Made by a program: the position numbers and the translations under genes. Shown here in pieces: positions 14,786 to 27,895 of a stretch of 64,000 bases of DNA. This stretch comes from Phoronis australis (lineage: Eukaryota; Animalia; Phoronida). The notes under the pieces are model-generated. The model was not told the origin of the DNA. It was given only the letters and a program-made list of their open reading frames with translations, and ran no database searches. Positions within the stretch are counted from its first letter, which is position 1; each line of letters begins with the position of its first letter. The stretch covers positions 186,001 through 250,000 of the forward strand of contig NMRA01000138.1 in NCBI GenBank assembly GCA_002633005.1. Direction: 5' to 3'.

Positions 14786-14943
14786 TGCCACATTGCTGCG
14801 GGGTTCCAGTGTCAACCAGTGTGTAGAGGCTGCCTCATCATTCACAGTCTGTAGTGGCATCACTGTCTCACCAATAAGTCGTTCACGACGCATCCTCTCA
14901 TTACCAACCAGCCGGAACATGATAGCCAACTGAGTTAAATCAC
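14786..14943 (-). CDS. SYT14: SYT14-like exon, end of C2A (DLTQLAIMFRLVGNERMRRERLIGETVMPL...WLTLEPRSNVA)
   Basis: TATGCAG|GT acceptor and GCA|GTAAG donor; 158 nt, phase 1-0; RMRRERLIGE and LEPRS motifs of SYT14/16. Confidence 0.92.
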
Positions 14944-15245
14944 CTGCATAACAGGAAGCCTGGCTTGTAACTTTAAAAAATTCTCAATTAACAATCTTCT
15001 CTTCAATGTTAAGAACTAAAATTTAGCAGAAAATTTCAAAATTTACACTACTTTGAATTCAAAGGAATGCTTCGTCACTAAAAAACCTGGAGGATGACAA
15101 AATTCCAAAAACATGGAAAATGCATGGAAAACGGAAAGGCACCGGACTGATACAGAGTTAACAGATCTGCTTAGCACGTATGAATGAACACTACAAAACC
15201 CAATGAGGAAGGAGCATACTGATTATGGAAGACCTGTTTTAACAG

Positions 15246-15329
15246 GTACAGTTCTGTATCATGCCTTCTTGTTTGCATACATGTTTAAAAACATGTATGC
15301 AAACAAGAAGGCATGATACAGAACTGTAC
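15246..15329. repeat. Perfect inverted repeat, 41-bp arms, 2-nt spacer
   Basis: GTACAGTTCTGTATCATGCCTTCTTGTTTGCATACATGTTT-AA-exact reverse complement. Confidence 0.97.
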
Positions 15330-15332
15330 GTA

Positions 15333-16465
15333 AAGCATTGAAATGCATCCGAAACTGCAACTTCAACAGTATCTTTTCAGGTACTTATTAGTATCATAAA
15401 ACTGGCCACTAGGTGGCGCAGAATACGTTGAACCTGGCCGAAAATAGGAAGGTGTCGTCTCCCTAATTGTGATCTACTTGCTACAGTTCATGAAAATCCG
15501 ACAATAACTGTGAAGGTACAGAGGCAATCGTAAAAAAATTGCCTGAGGAGGTGTAGTGGGTGTTGGTTCTGCCCAAATAAAGTTGTCATATACTGCCATT
15601 TTCATACGAATACACTTGCTAAGTTTTACAAAAGATCATGCAAGGAGTTTAGAAGATAGAGCAGCAGATGCAAAAAACAAATGTCATTGGGCACTCGACT
15701 ACTCAGATTCATGAACATTTGAAAAACTCAGTGTCAGTTATAGTCTTCTCATTAGGAACAAATGTCCCAATTTTCATGATCCGTTGAGCTGTTTTGCAGA
15801 GAGAAGCCGACTCACAAATTATAATCATGGCATCTGAGTGGGGCATAATGTGCTGAATTTGGCAAGAGATTGTCATCTCCTTTACACAGCATTTGAAAGT
15901 CAGCCAAGGTCTTCACAACAGCAACATATATGTCAATTTTCATAATGATCCATGAAGTGGTTAGACAGATAAAAAGGCAAACGGCAAAGACTAATAAATA
16001 ACGAGAATGGCAACTAGGTGACGTACAATGCATCAAATCCATCCAAAAATAGGAAGGCATCATCATCTCCTTAATAGAAATCTATTTGCCAAATTTTATA
16101 AAAATCCATAGAGAGACTCCAAAGATATAGAAGCAAACTTTAAAAACAACAAGAGCAACGTGGAGAATTGAAATGCACTCAAAATGCACCACAAACAGAA
16201 TATTTGTAGGAATGCTAATTAGTTTCATGTAAGCTACAAGGAGACAATTTGACCTGGGTAGCTGCAATAGTCAGAAATTGAAAAAAGGCAAGTTGGTATT
16301 TCATCTTTTAAAACTATTATCAAATCAAAAAATTTAAAAAGCATCTTTCAACATTTGCAACAATCCAAAAAGGGGTTTTGTAGATATTGCAGCAGATGCT
16401 GGAAGTCAAGACAAAAATGACAGCCATATGTGCCCAAGTGTGTACATGTGGGTGCATAAAATGAA
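15333..16465. mobile_element. HINE-like modular repeat (two adjacent partial copies; second terminus at about 16146)
   Basis: AGCATTGAAATGC at about 15334 and a variant at about 16165; CAATTTTCATGAT-CC modules; end motif TGTGGGTGCATAAAA. Confidence 0.6.
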
Positions 16466-16891
16466 AAAGGGGCACTGAAAACTTGTGGAAACTGGAAACT
16501 CCAGCGAGGAGTGGCAACCATGAATCAGGTGGCATGTTGCCATATAGGATAAATGCCAACAAGCAGACTTTAGAAAAAACATCTAGGTAATAGGCAAGGG
16601 TCTCTTTTAGCCGTATGACCAAAGTGTAAATTTTCACCAAAAAATATGTCTGGATAACAAAATTTCCTAGAAAACCTTGAAAGGTTAACATTTGTCTAGT
16701 GATGGGAGGCAAATTACTTTGGTAAAAGAAACCCTACAACAGGATACATGCACATTTCCAGCCTCCAGCAGCATATCCTCATTCAAAACTTCCATACCAT
16801 GTCCACTTTCATTTCAAGACATTGATTGTGACTCCCTAGACGCCCACATAATGAAATCCGAGTTCAAATTGACAAATGTTGTTAATCTTAC

Positions 16892-17027
16892 TTTTTGCTA
16901 CTTTTGTGAAGACAAATGTTTCGTCCCATCTTGGGTTGTCACCCTGCTTAACTTTTGTCTTAAATTTCTGTTTTTTTGATGGAAGAAGAACTAACTTCAC
17001 TTGAACGTTGTCTGCTCCACCCCTCTC
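16892..17027 (-). CDS. SYT14: SYT14-like C2A exon (ERGGADNVQVKLVLLPSKKQKFKTKVKQGDNPRWDETFVFTKVAK), absent from the ORF track
   Basis: Translated by hand; ATTTCAG|GAG acceptor and AAAA|GTAAG donor; 136 nt, phase 0-1; C2 core KTKV..NP.W.ETF.F. Confidence 0.92.
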
Positions 17028-17329
17028 CTGAAATTGATAATTATAAACATTACAATGGAGGCAAAATTTACAAAATAATTTAAAATTAATTCTGCCTTAA
17101 ACACGTCAGACTTAAGATATGTTCGAGTGAACATGTGGTTCAGTTGTGATGCATGACGAAATCTCAAGAAGAATTGCATGATTGGTCTTTTCTCCCAAGC
17201 AACTTGTTCTACGGAACTCAAAAAATTCCCACAGGAGATAAACCAATTAACATAACATGCAGCTGTCACATTAATTGAGGCAAACTCGTTAAAATATACA
17301 CCACAAACATAACGCTTAATCGTCGTGAG

Positions 17330-17371
17330 AGACCGTCCCGAGTTGGTTTGTGGTGCAACTCGGGACGGTCT
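17330..17371. repeat. GC-rich perfect hairpin (16-bp stem, 10-nt loop)
   Basis: AGACCGTCCCGAGTTG-gtttgtggtg-CAACTCGGGACGGTCT. Confidence 0.9.
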
Positions 17372-18509
17372 GGGGTCTACAGAAAACCCGTAGTTCAACT
17401 GTGAGTCTACACCAATGTGATAAATGAGAGTAGTTCTACTTGCTGCGTCAGCTGCTGGTATGCTTATCTCTTTTATGACACACAATGTGCGACTGGGCAA
17501 AGCGTTTTCAAAATAATGTGGATAAATCAGTGGAGTGTGAAACCCCTGAGGTCCCTGTCAAGTCCTCACGGCAATTTTACGTTATGAAATCTCTATCCTC
17601 GACAATATGAGTTTGAAAGCATCATGCAGCCCTGTCATACAAAATCATTGCTTTGTTTCATATTTTCAGGTACAACCTTCTGCTTTGGTTTTGTAATATA
17701 GCATCACTAACTATACATGTTAACATGTGCACCAAATGGAATTCAGAGATTGTCTCAACCATATTCACCGTCAATACTACTTAAATTATACCCATTTGAA
17801 GTTTGTCATTTTGAATTGAACTAATAAGTGCTGCGTGGGAGTATAATAATGTATCATTTCCATTAACATAATCAAAGACATTTTGATCGATATATTTGCT
17901 TTGCATTTATTTCATGCACTTTTATTTTCAAATGCAGGGAATAAATCACTCGCGGGTTTCCAAACTGACCAAAAAAGTGGGACAAAATCGCAACCTTTTT
18001 TCATAACCTCACAGCCATAAAGTCTATGACGCTGTAGGTGGAAAACCAGGATGAGAAGTCTTAAAAACCTTTTCGCTGTGCATTAGCAGGTTGGCATCAT
18101 GACGGAATCTTGTTTGCTATCACACAAAAAGTCTATTACAAGTTGACACCCTTCGAGCTGACCTGCTCCAAAATTCATAGCACTTTCAGGAACAGTCGAC
18201 ACTAAGTTACTGACAGTCCCTCTGCGTGCACTCAGGTCTACATGATCACTTCTTTCTGTTCACAGACATACAGCACTTGACAAAAGTAACCAAACAAAAT
18301 ACCATTTTCATGTCATGATGGGTTGGTCATTCTATATAGCTACCCTCATGAAGTGTTCTGCTTGCCATCAGTCGTAATGATGGAAAATTCTGGGTCATTT
18401 TGTCTGATTATTTTTGGTTTTTACTGTTGTTTTGCTGCATTTGTCTGAACCGTGTCAAAGAGTGTCACCTAAGTATGACAAAAACAGTATTCAATGTAAA
18501 TAGGCTTAC

Positions 18510-18665
18510 TTTTGATGGGATCTCTCTGGCTTCTCCTATGCTGACAGTCATGGTGGCCCTTCCAAGGTCATAGGTGAAGGTCACCTGAAGACTGCCACAT
18601 TTTGACACTAGCAACACACTGTCAGGGTCACGAGTTTGAAGGTCACTCACATCAAACAAATGTTC
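18510..18665 (-). CDS. SYT14: SYT14-like exon, start of C2A (EHLFDVSDLQ...KCGSLQVTFTYDLGRATMTVSIGEAREIPSK)
   Basis: TTGTTCCAG|GAA acceptor and AAA|GTAAG donor; 156 nt, phase 0-0; C2 beta-strand 1-2 pattern. Confidence 0.9.
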
Positions 18666-19544
18666 CTGGAACAAAAGCAAACAGTGTAACAAAGGTGCTG
18701 CTGTGAACTTGACAATGGTTGCTTTTGACCAACCAGAGATAAAGCGGGAATGCTTAGTAATACAATATGTTTTTGGTTTTAGCAGATTACTTGGGTTCAT
18801 GCATACCAGGCAGTAGTGCAATAAACGCTGTAGCATCTCACAAACTTCAGGGGGAAACCAAAGAAACTGCCCTATTCTAATTTTGAAGGGCTTCCAACAT
18901 TGTTGTAGATGTCCAATTAAATTTCTGTCAGTAGCATATGGTACAGAACATGAAAATGGGAAAACATTTTTGGTGCTTTTATCTTTCATACAAACAATGA
19001 GAAAATTTTACTGTTCCGTCATACTGTAGCCTAAATTGTGACAAGTTTACCAAATTGAGAATTAGGCTGTCTCAAAACCAATTTTAATTGCAAAACAATA
19101 ACTATAGTGTGGTCACTGAAATTCATCAATAAATTAGTATATCAACCATGGACCATACAACAGGATTCATAAAGCTTTGAAAGTGAAACGCCTATATTTA
19201 CCGATATGTACATACACATGAAACTATTACACAAGAACCATACTCGACTGTATTATTAATCAGGGTAATAAATTGAGAAATACAAAAATCAGGGAGTGAG
19301 AGTAACATCACTTAAGCGTGGGCATTAAAAAACTAAACTTAAAAATTTGAGGAAGGGCGTTTACTTAAGCGGCATAATCTGGAATGGCCAAGATGTTTAG
19401 TTGAAAATAAAAGCCCTTAACTCCATTAACAGAAATATCACTTTGTTTCATGTTATTTCCACACAGTAGAGGAGATGCAAGTGAGTTCCAGAAAACAGAA
19501 ACTAATGAGAGAGCAAGTGATTCTTCATAAGTCACACAATGATT

Positions 19545-21105
19545 AACAAGTGCAACGCAAAGCATTGAAATGCACTCATGACTGCAACGCAAACAATGTG
19601 CTTCTTGTGGTGTTTTTTTTTATTATCTAATCATGAAAAGAGCCAATATGTAGCACAGAATACGTCAAATCCATCACAAATTGGAAAGGTGCTGTCATCG
19701 TCATAATAGAAACTTGTTTGCCAAATTTCATGAAAAACCCCGAAAGGAACTCTGAAAACATAAAGGTAAAGGCTAAAATTAAAAATTGTTATTAGGGTGC
19801 ACAGCAGTAGTCAAAGCCATCAAAACAGTAGTGGACAGCTATTGCCACATCTATAGGAAAACACCTGCAAAAGTTCACAAGCATCCTGCAAAGGAATCAG
19901 GAGCTACAGCCATGGTCGTAAAAAATCACCACTAGGGGATGCCACTGGTTCAGACATATCCAAAAATGTCAGCCATGGGCTTCATACTTTTTATATTTGT
20001 TTATTACGAAAAATACAATGTACTATATACCGGTATTAAGAGTTCATGGACGGCGCACCATTGGGGGCTGGCGGGGCTATAGCCCACCCCACTTTTTCAG
20101 TCTGCTGCCCACAGTCTATGGGCTGTGCACCACAGGGGAGCTGGGGGCTACAGCCCTAACTTATTTCAGTGCTGCGCCGCCCATGTTAAGCCCAGAAAAC
20201 ACTAGAAAGCATTATATCTAGTCTGCTATCGTTCATCATTTTTTCTAGTCTGCTAGGATTCATTATGATCCTTTGAGCAACTAGCCAGAAAAAGAACCAG
20301 ATGCTAAAAATGAACTCGAAATGATAAAAATGGCCACTAGGTGGCACAGCAAACGTCAAATAGATCTAAAAATGGAAAGGCATGCTTGTCTCCTTAATAG
20401 AAATCTATTGGCCAAATTTCATAAAAATCCATCAATGAACTAAAGACTCAGAGGTAAACGAAACAAAAAATAAAATTGCCCAAAGGGGACACAGCTGCTG
20501 TCAGATTGGTCTGAAATTTGCCAACATTCCTTGCCATCTCCACAGGAGCATATGTCAAATTTCACAAAGACCCTTCAAAGAGTTATGAAAATACGGCCTA
20601 GACACAAAAATAAAATTGCCACTAAGGGTTGCCAGAGTACTTGAACCTGTCCTAAAATCAGTGTCAGCAGCGGTCTTCACATCAGGAACATACATGCCAA
20701 TTTTCATGATGATCCTTTGAGCAGTTTGACAGATAGAGAGGCGTACATCAAAAACACACTCAAAAATATTTTTAATTGCTACCAGGTAGTGCACAGTACG
20801 TCAAATCCATTCAAAAACGGAAAGGCAACATCACCTTGTTAATAGAAACCTATTTGCTAAACTTCATGAAAATCCTTAGAGGAACTCTAAAGATACAGAG
20901 GCAAACATAAAGAAAAAAATGCCACTAGAGGGCACACAAGTAGTCGGATTGGTCCAAAACTCGTCGTAGCTGAGTGGTCATGTTCGTAAGAACATATCTG
21001 TCAAATCTCATTACAATACTGCAAGGAGTTCAGGAGATACAGCCGTAGACACCGAACAGAGATGAAGGCAATATCCAACCACACATAAATATGTGGGTGC
21101 ATGCA
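19545..21105. mobile_element. Near-complete HINE-like modular repeat, interrupted by a MITE
   Basis: AACAAGTGCAACGCAAAGCATTGAAATGC start; internal tandem modules (CCAAATTTCATGAAAA, GCCACTAG, GGAGATACAGC); terminal hairpin CCACAC..ATGTGGGTGCAT. Confidence 0.65.
20045..20185. mobile_element. GC-rich hAT-like mini-MITE; shorter family members at 10741-10810 (in the probable 3' UTR) and 28698-28766
   Basis: CATGG(G/A)CGGCGCA...TGCGCCGCCCATG TIRs and GGGGCTATAGCCC internal motif; TSD not recognisable. Confidence 0.75.
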
Positions 21106-22307
21106 AAGAGGTTAGTATGGCAGAAGAAAACCATCTTCTTCTGTCAGACAGCCATCTTCTTTCTGAGAAGGGTGAGGTCTTTCTCAAATGTGGAACTCTA
21201 ATTCATAATGCATGTAGGAATGTACCACTAAACAGGGTAACAAACAAATGCAAAAACCCCATGGTTTGATGGAAATTTCCAAAAAAAAACATCTTACTAA
21301 CTGCAAAAGTTGCAGAAAAACAAAATTGAATGGTGGTATTTGTCACACTGACTTAGAGAAAGGTAAAATAACCAAAGAAACCTTTGAATAGGGTGCAAAT
21401 ATCAGCAATTATGGCTTGATGACACCTTATAGTAATAAGAACTTGATGACAGAAATATAATGCAACTCCTGGGCTAGCTCCTATGAAAGCGTCAAAGCAG
21501 AGATGATTAACAAACATGGGTTATAAGAGCACAGCTGTTTCCCCATCTGGTTAAATATTCGGTAACATGGCTTTCCATCTCACCTGTAATTGGCTGACTT
21601 TTCTTGTAGCACCGTAGGCTTGCTGAGGCTGCTGTCAACAAGACAGTGACAACTAAAGACATCTATTGATGGACAGATGCCATCATTACAAGGGTTTTAG
21701 GCAAAACCGTGAAGGAAACAACTAGAGATTACAGAAGATAACTGTGGCAGACAGGGTCATTGATGAGGTCTCCTGGTACTTACTATCTCCCCATGCACTC
21801 AACTATTCCAAGAGCAGGAGATAACATATAGTCATTAACCATGGAAGTATTTTTCCCATGGCACTTCGGCAAACAAGTCATCTAGAGATAGGTAGATGCC
21901 ATATTAGGTGACTGGCAAACCGCAGTCAGAAACAACTAATGACATCTGTTGTCAGAGACAAAAAGACTTGAATCAAACTAATCAACAGACACAAATTCCA
22001 TTTTTATTTCACGTTTCAACCAAACATCAACTGGGGTGTAATTGAAGTAATTGAAAGTAAAATATATTTTTTATGGAGTACAAGGACATCACTAAGGACT
22101 TGAGCATGAAAGTGAAGTTGTTCATTTGCCAGACAGCAAGACACTAAAATTGCTGATCTCATCAGTCAGACAGTGTTGTGTAAATTCTATTTACTCAGTG
22201 GCACTCTTAGCCAAACACCAACAACTGCTTAATCCCTAGGGCTCATTTTGCCAACAAAAACAAAGTAGCAACTTTGAACAGTAGATCAACACAAGATGGA
22301 CACTTAC

Positions 22308-22531
22308 ATCACCCTGGTCACCAATCAGCATTTGCTGTGAGCCCATCAGGTCCTTGTCTGATGGGGCAGGTATGGGTGCATGAGACGAGACTTTGCTACT
22401 AAGAGATGGAGTGCCAGGCTGGACATCTTCTGTTGCTTCACGTGCACCTTCGACTGATGGTTGGTAGCTTGAGCCACCTTTCTCGGCCTGTGACAGTAAT
22501 TGCTCATTACTTTCTGTCTTGGCGGTCTTTT
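22308..22531 (-). CDS. SYT14: SYT14-like linker exon (KTAKTESNEQLLSQAEKGG...LIGDQGD)
   Basis: TTCATTGCAG|AA acceptor and GAT|GTAAGT donor; 224 nt, phase 1-0; open frame compatible with both neighbours. Confidence 0.8.
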
Positions 22532-23429
22532 CTGCAATGAAAACAGAGTGTACACATTGTATAACAAGGTCCACTGGTAATGTTGTCAGACATATGCTGC
22601 CATGTGGCTATATATATATTTTTGACCATGGGCACATAATTATTTTTTGCTCTGTTTTATCTGGGTGATTGAACAAATATGACACCATTCGTTCTTTAAA
22701 GGCAATTTTCTGAGATCAACCTCAGCTCGAATTCGGACATAAAACCCTACACTGTGAGGAATATTATGGTTCATCTGAAGGGGTGTCAAAGAAGCTGCAC
22801 AATCGCAACGAACGCCCCTCTCTGAATAAACAAGGTGGGTTAAGGTCTAACTGTCACACATATGGTATACTATCCTGACCTCGATGTTGCGTCGTCTGAT
22901 CATAACGCCACCCATTGGTCAGAACGATAGTAACACAACTAGCCCATTAATTAAGCTGAAGTCCGAGAGAGATGGGTGCAACATCGCTAGCTCAAGTAAG
23001 CAAATTACAGTTTTTGACTTCAATTTTTTCTGTATTTTATCATAATCTATCGATCGATTTCTGAGATAACCAACAGATGAGCAAAGGCAATGCTGGACAG
23101 TCACTGGACAAACAGGATGCTGACTATCTGACCACAATTTTTTTGGTGGGCACATAAACATTTTGGACAACATTATCAGTTGCGCTCTTTAGGTGCAAAG
23201 TCCAAAAACGCTCATGTCCAGGGGGCTCTCTTTCAAATAATGGGTAGGGGATGCCGCAACACATTCAAAATATGAGAAAGTGGGAAAGGGGTATACGAGA
23301 CAATACCAAATGATTACAGCAGCAAGGCAGGGAGTTGATATATACCCACCACGTGCATTAAAAATGGCAAAGATATAAGGTGTAAGTGCTCATTTTTTCA
23401 AATCTTTCCACAGCTGCCGCCAAAGCTAT

Positions 23430-24440
23430 CCAAAAATAAATATCTCAGTTGTGCTCTACTCTTTAGAAAACATGGCAAATTTCTAGAAAATCCGTCTAAG
23501 AACTTGCCGGACAATAAGGTAGACGTAGTGGTAATTTGTTATTAGGGAGTGTCTCAGTAATCAGATCTGTCTAAAAGTCAAAAGTAGTCTGCTTTCCTCA
23601 ACGAAAACAATTTGCCAAAGTTTATGAAGATCCATCAAGAAATTTGGTAAATATTCTGGCAAGCTAAAACAATTGACATTAGAGGGCACCATAGTTTTGG
23701 AGCTGGCCAAAAAAATAATGGCAGCTGTAATCTCCTCAATGGGATCAAATATGCCAAATTTCATCAAGACCGATCGAATAATTTGGTAGACGCTGAGATA
23801 GACGCAAAGAAAAGTATAATTGACACTAAGGAGTGCTACAGGAGGTCCGCTCAAAAATCTATAATGGCCAAGCTCTCCTCAATAGGAACACATCTGCCTA
23901 CTATAATGATGATTTTCAAACAGTTTGTAGGTAACAATAATGGTCACTATTTGCACAATGTAGATTCAATCCATCTGAAACTGTGCACGCACTGTCAACT
24001 GTGTACTATTACTGACAGACGCAAATTTGTCAAATTTCAAGAAGATTAAAGATGAACAAGAACTCAAGATATCAAGCATCAAGCTGCCACAGAAGTTAGA
24101 CTTATCCCAAAGTCAGTGTGCTCCCCGTAATAGGAAAATACTAAACAAGTTTCATGCTTGCACATCAAGGAACTTTGTATAGGTTGAGGCAGAGGTAATA
24201 ATGAAACTGCCACTGAGGTGTGTCAAAACAGTCAAGCTGTCCAAAAATCAATGGCAGCTGTGTTCTCTTCACATTACCAAATAACATAAAGATTCATCCA
24301 CCAACTTAGTATATATTGAGGTAAAGATGAAAACAATATTGCCACTAGGGGAAACCACAGTCAGTCAGATCGTCAACAATGTTCCCTTCAATAAGAACAC
24401 ATATATTAAACAATATTTTTGAAAGATATTGCCTGGATTG
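23430..24440. mobile_element. Diverged HINE-like modular repeat
   Basis: CCAAATTTCATCAAGA, CCAAAGTTTATGAAGATCC and GCCACTAGGG modules; boundaries approximate. Confidence 0.5.
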
Positions 24441-25355
24441 TCAAAAGGTTGCATTAACGCCATTTAAATATACGTATACAGGATTCTCACAAACTCACTA
24501 AATTTCCTGAGAACTGTATGCTCAATTTTTGACTGCATTGTGATTTTGTTGATAAAAATCCAGTGCTTTGCAAGGTTGGCCACATTTTCAAAAAGTCCAC
24601 CCCAGGGTCAATATTTATACTGTTATTTAGCACTTGACATAAAGAAAATACAAGCCTTTGAATTATTTTTATTGAAGCTTTAATCTCAATACAATCGCAG
24701 ATTATTACCATCATCAATCAACCCGACATTGATTGACAAGTAAAGCAGAGATCTGGATAACCCCATAATTTCTGTGTTCAAACAACCCAGCAGCATTCAC
24801 ATACTGATGAAATAAATTTACTTTCAACCACTTTTTGCCATCAACTCGCTATTTTGAGAGAAATCTTCATTTTATTGTTTGGTGCATGTAGAGTACAATG
24901 TAAAATCAGCTTGTTCACCTAGTTCCCAACCACGCGAGTGTGTACGTGGTACGTATGTTCAACTCAAATCATGACTTGTGTAGAATAGAAACATTTGTAT
25001 TTGGAGACTTTCATAGCATTCGGTCAAAGAATTTGGTAGATAAAGAGGCAAACATAAAAAACTAAAATAAAATAAAATTGCCACTAGGAGCTTGGGATAT
25101 GTCTGAATGTCGTCATCCGTCATGAGCTTCATTGGAACACATCCTGAAAGGGACTTAGGAGACAGCCAGATGTCTAGACAGACATGACAGCAATAAAAAC
25201 CCTACCTAAAACAATAAATTTTTGCCCACTCTATTTAAGAACAGATTTATAATTCTTTAAATGTGGACTTCATTCCTTGTTACCTCTGTAAATGGACAAG
25301 AAACAAACTACAGCAGTGTAGTAAATAAACATTTCATAAATTTATCAAGGCTTAC

Positions 25356-25466
25356 TTTTTGAGTTTCTAAAGCTCGCTCCACGCTTTAGGTTTTTCTGGT
25401 AATTCTGAAGCACGTCATCGTCAGAGTCGGACGATGTGTCGACATCCTCGTACGCATATGCATTTC
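25356..25466 (-). CDS. SYT14: SYT14-like linker exon (GNAYAYEDVDTSSDSDDDVLQNYQKNLKRGASFRNSK)
   Basis: TTTACAG|GA acceptor and AAAA|GTAAG donor; 111 nt, phase 1-1; acidic SSDSDDD motif typical of the SYT14/16 linker. Confidence 0.85.
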
Positions 25467-26351
25467 CTGTAAATAGAACAAATAGACATAGCGATAGCAT
25501 ACAATTCTTTATGTATAAAAAATTTATTTCAAAAATGGCATCAGGTGACACTTTGAAAAAAAAAAGTATCCGGACTCGTTTCAGATGCTATCTGGTGATA
25601 CTTATCGGGGGAAAAAGGAGTACCCTGGTACAATTTATGCTGAGATAAAAAAGTAGGATTAAACTGGCCCACCTCAGCTACTATCAAATGATTTTTTCTT
25701 TTTGACAATATGGGCACCTAAAAGTAACACATCACCGCATCAATTTAAAAAAAAAACAGACCAGAAACCAATTTAATTATTTTCTTTTGCTTTGTACATA
25801 CTTCTTAAGTATTTATATTATACTTCATAAAGAGAAAAAGCCAGGAATGTTCCCTGAGGAAACGTTAAAGCCTAACATCTTTCTACAGAAATTACCTCCT
25901 ATGTAATGTATCTTTCAAGAGATGTATGAAATGATAATGAATCACTATAGCAGATGCACTGTTTTGTTGACAAAACATATTGATCAAAAGCAACTTGTAT
26001 TGACCATGCAGTTTAACAAAGACTGAAACAAAACTGAAAAGTAGCAACTCCTGGAGTGTAATCTTTTTGGAAATTTAAGTAGAAATTATTTTTGTCATTT
26101 TCCGTTCTGCTTTTGTGCAAACTCACGATAAGTGTCAATTATTCTGAGGTCGAGTACATTATGATTTATGCATGAGTTTCTACTTCAAATTCGCACTTGA
26201 TGACCCATAGATTCGAGCGACAAATGTCCAGTAAAAACTCGAGGATTAGACAGTTATCCACATAAGCCATTATTTACTTAAGCATGCGATGCGCTTATGC
26301 CCATCACATGGATCTCACAAGTTAAACAATAGCTTGCGAAATCCATAGGAT

Positions 26352-26630
26352 ATCATTTGATATATATAGGCTACCATAAATAGGCGAATACAGTAAAATC
26401 ATTTGATATATATAGGCTACCATAAATAGGCGAATACAGTAAAATCATTTGATATATATAGGCTACCATAAATAGGCGAATACAGTAAAATCATTTGATA
26501 TATATAGGCTACCATAAATAGGCGAATACAGTAAAATCATTTGATATATATAGGCTACCATAAATAGGCGAATACAGTAAAATCATTTGATATATATAGG
26601 CTACCATAAATAGGCGAATACAGTAAAATC
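26352..26630. repeat. Perfect minisatellite, 46 bp x 6
   Basis: ATCATTTGATATATATAGGCTACCATAAATAGGCGAATACAGTAAA repeated head to tail with no spacers. Confidence 0.97.
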
Positions 26631-27895
26631 TCACCATTTTCAAACTAACATAATTGGCAAAATCGATATTTTTTCATTTTGCAAAGCACGAAGTATTGTG
26701 AATGCTTGTACTTTTTCAAAACAATGTTTGGTAGTTGTGATGGTATAAAACTATAGTTTATTTAAATTGGTGAGATTTTACCATATATATACGACTTTAC
26801 CTCATATATACCATATATCTGTGTATTTGGGTAGCAGACCTTCTTTTATACATGTTTCATTGAAAAGTAAGCTGTTCTTGGCCTTAGATTGCTTGTTCAA
26901 CAAACTTTCCTATTGTCTACATAAATGTCTTTCTTCAGATGGCAGTTGAAATAGTGGATCACCGAGTGTAAGTGGCACCACCAACACAAATATATGAGTA
27001 TATATAACATAAAACACTGAACAAAACATTTCATAATAAAACAGTTGCTGTACTTCGACTAGACTTCAGTCACCCAAGGCAAATAAATTTAAAATCATAA
27101 ATGCTCGTGTATGATACATGAAACAAGAACAATGACATTAAACACGAATATAAGGTAGCATATATAAGAGCGTAATTACAGAAGGAATTGTCATGGAAAT
27201 TAGTGTACTATAAAACATTTAATAAAATACATAGGTGTTACAACATATGGACATTATTTATATAACGACAAGGTATGATGGAACCCAGTATCTTGGGAAT
27301 TTATTTCAGAAGTTTCAGTTTTTATTATTAAAGCTTCGAGAATTTTCAAACAAAAGGAGTCCCGTTCGAAATACCTGATGATGGTACCGTATTGTCAACA
27401 ATATTTGAACGGGAAATTTTCTGTTTGTGGAGTGTTTGAAGGTGATCTTTAATGAATCCATTTTGTAAATGCATAGACCGGCAATTGCCCTCACAACGAA
27501 TGTATTCGTTCAAACACTGAATGCTCAAGGTATGTTGGTTATACAACTTGCACTTTATCTCCTTCATAAAAAAAATAAAAAATACAATTTCACTTGTCCA
27601 CCTTATTGCGTCCCAAATTGGTGATATTTTACATTACATATACACATCATTCACACTTTCTGCTGTCGTACTGAGATTGCTTTTTGAAATAGCAAATCCC
27701 AACATCACGTAAATGCAATATGACATGATGAATTCTTGCGTTCTGTTTTCCAAACCCAATCTCAGCTCACGATATAAAAAGGCTGTATCTAGTCAGTACT
27801 AAATGACATCAACATCTCTCAAATTAACTGTAACGAATCTCTAAACAATATAGAAAAATATCTATTAGTGGAGGCTTTGTAAATCCCCTTTATCA

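Noticed and set aside
21581-21700. Extra SYT exon between 22308 and 18665
   Set aside because: A donor-like site exists, but there is no clear acceptor or homology, and the flanking exons already join in phase 0.
26352-26630. CRISPR array
   Set aside because: The units are contiguous with no unique spacers, there are no cas genes, and the context is eukaryotic.
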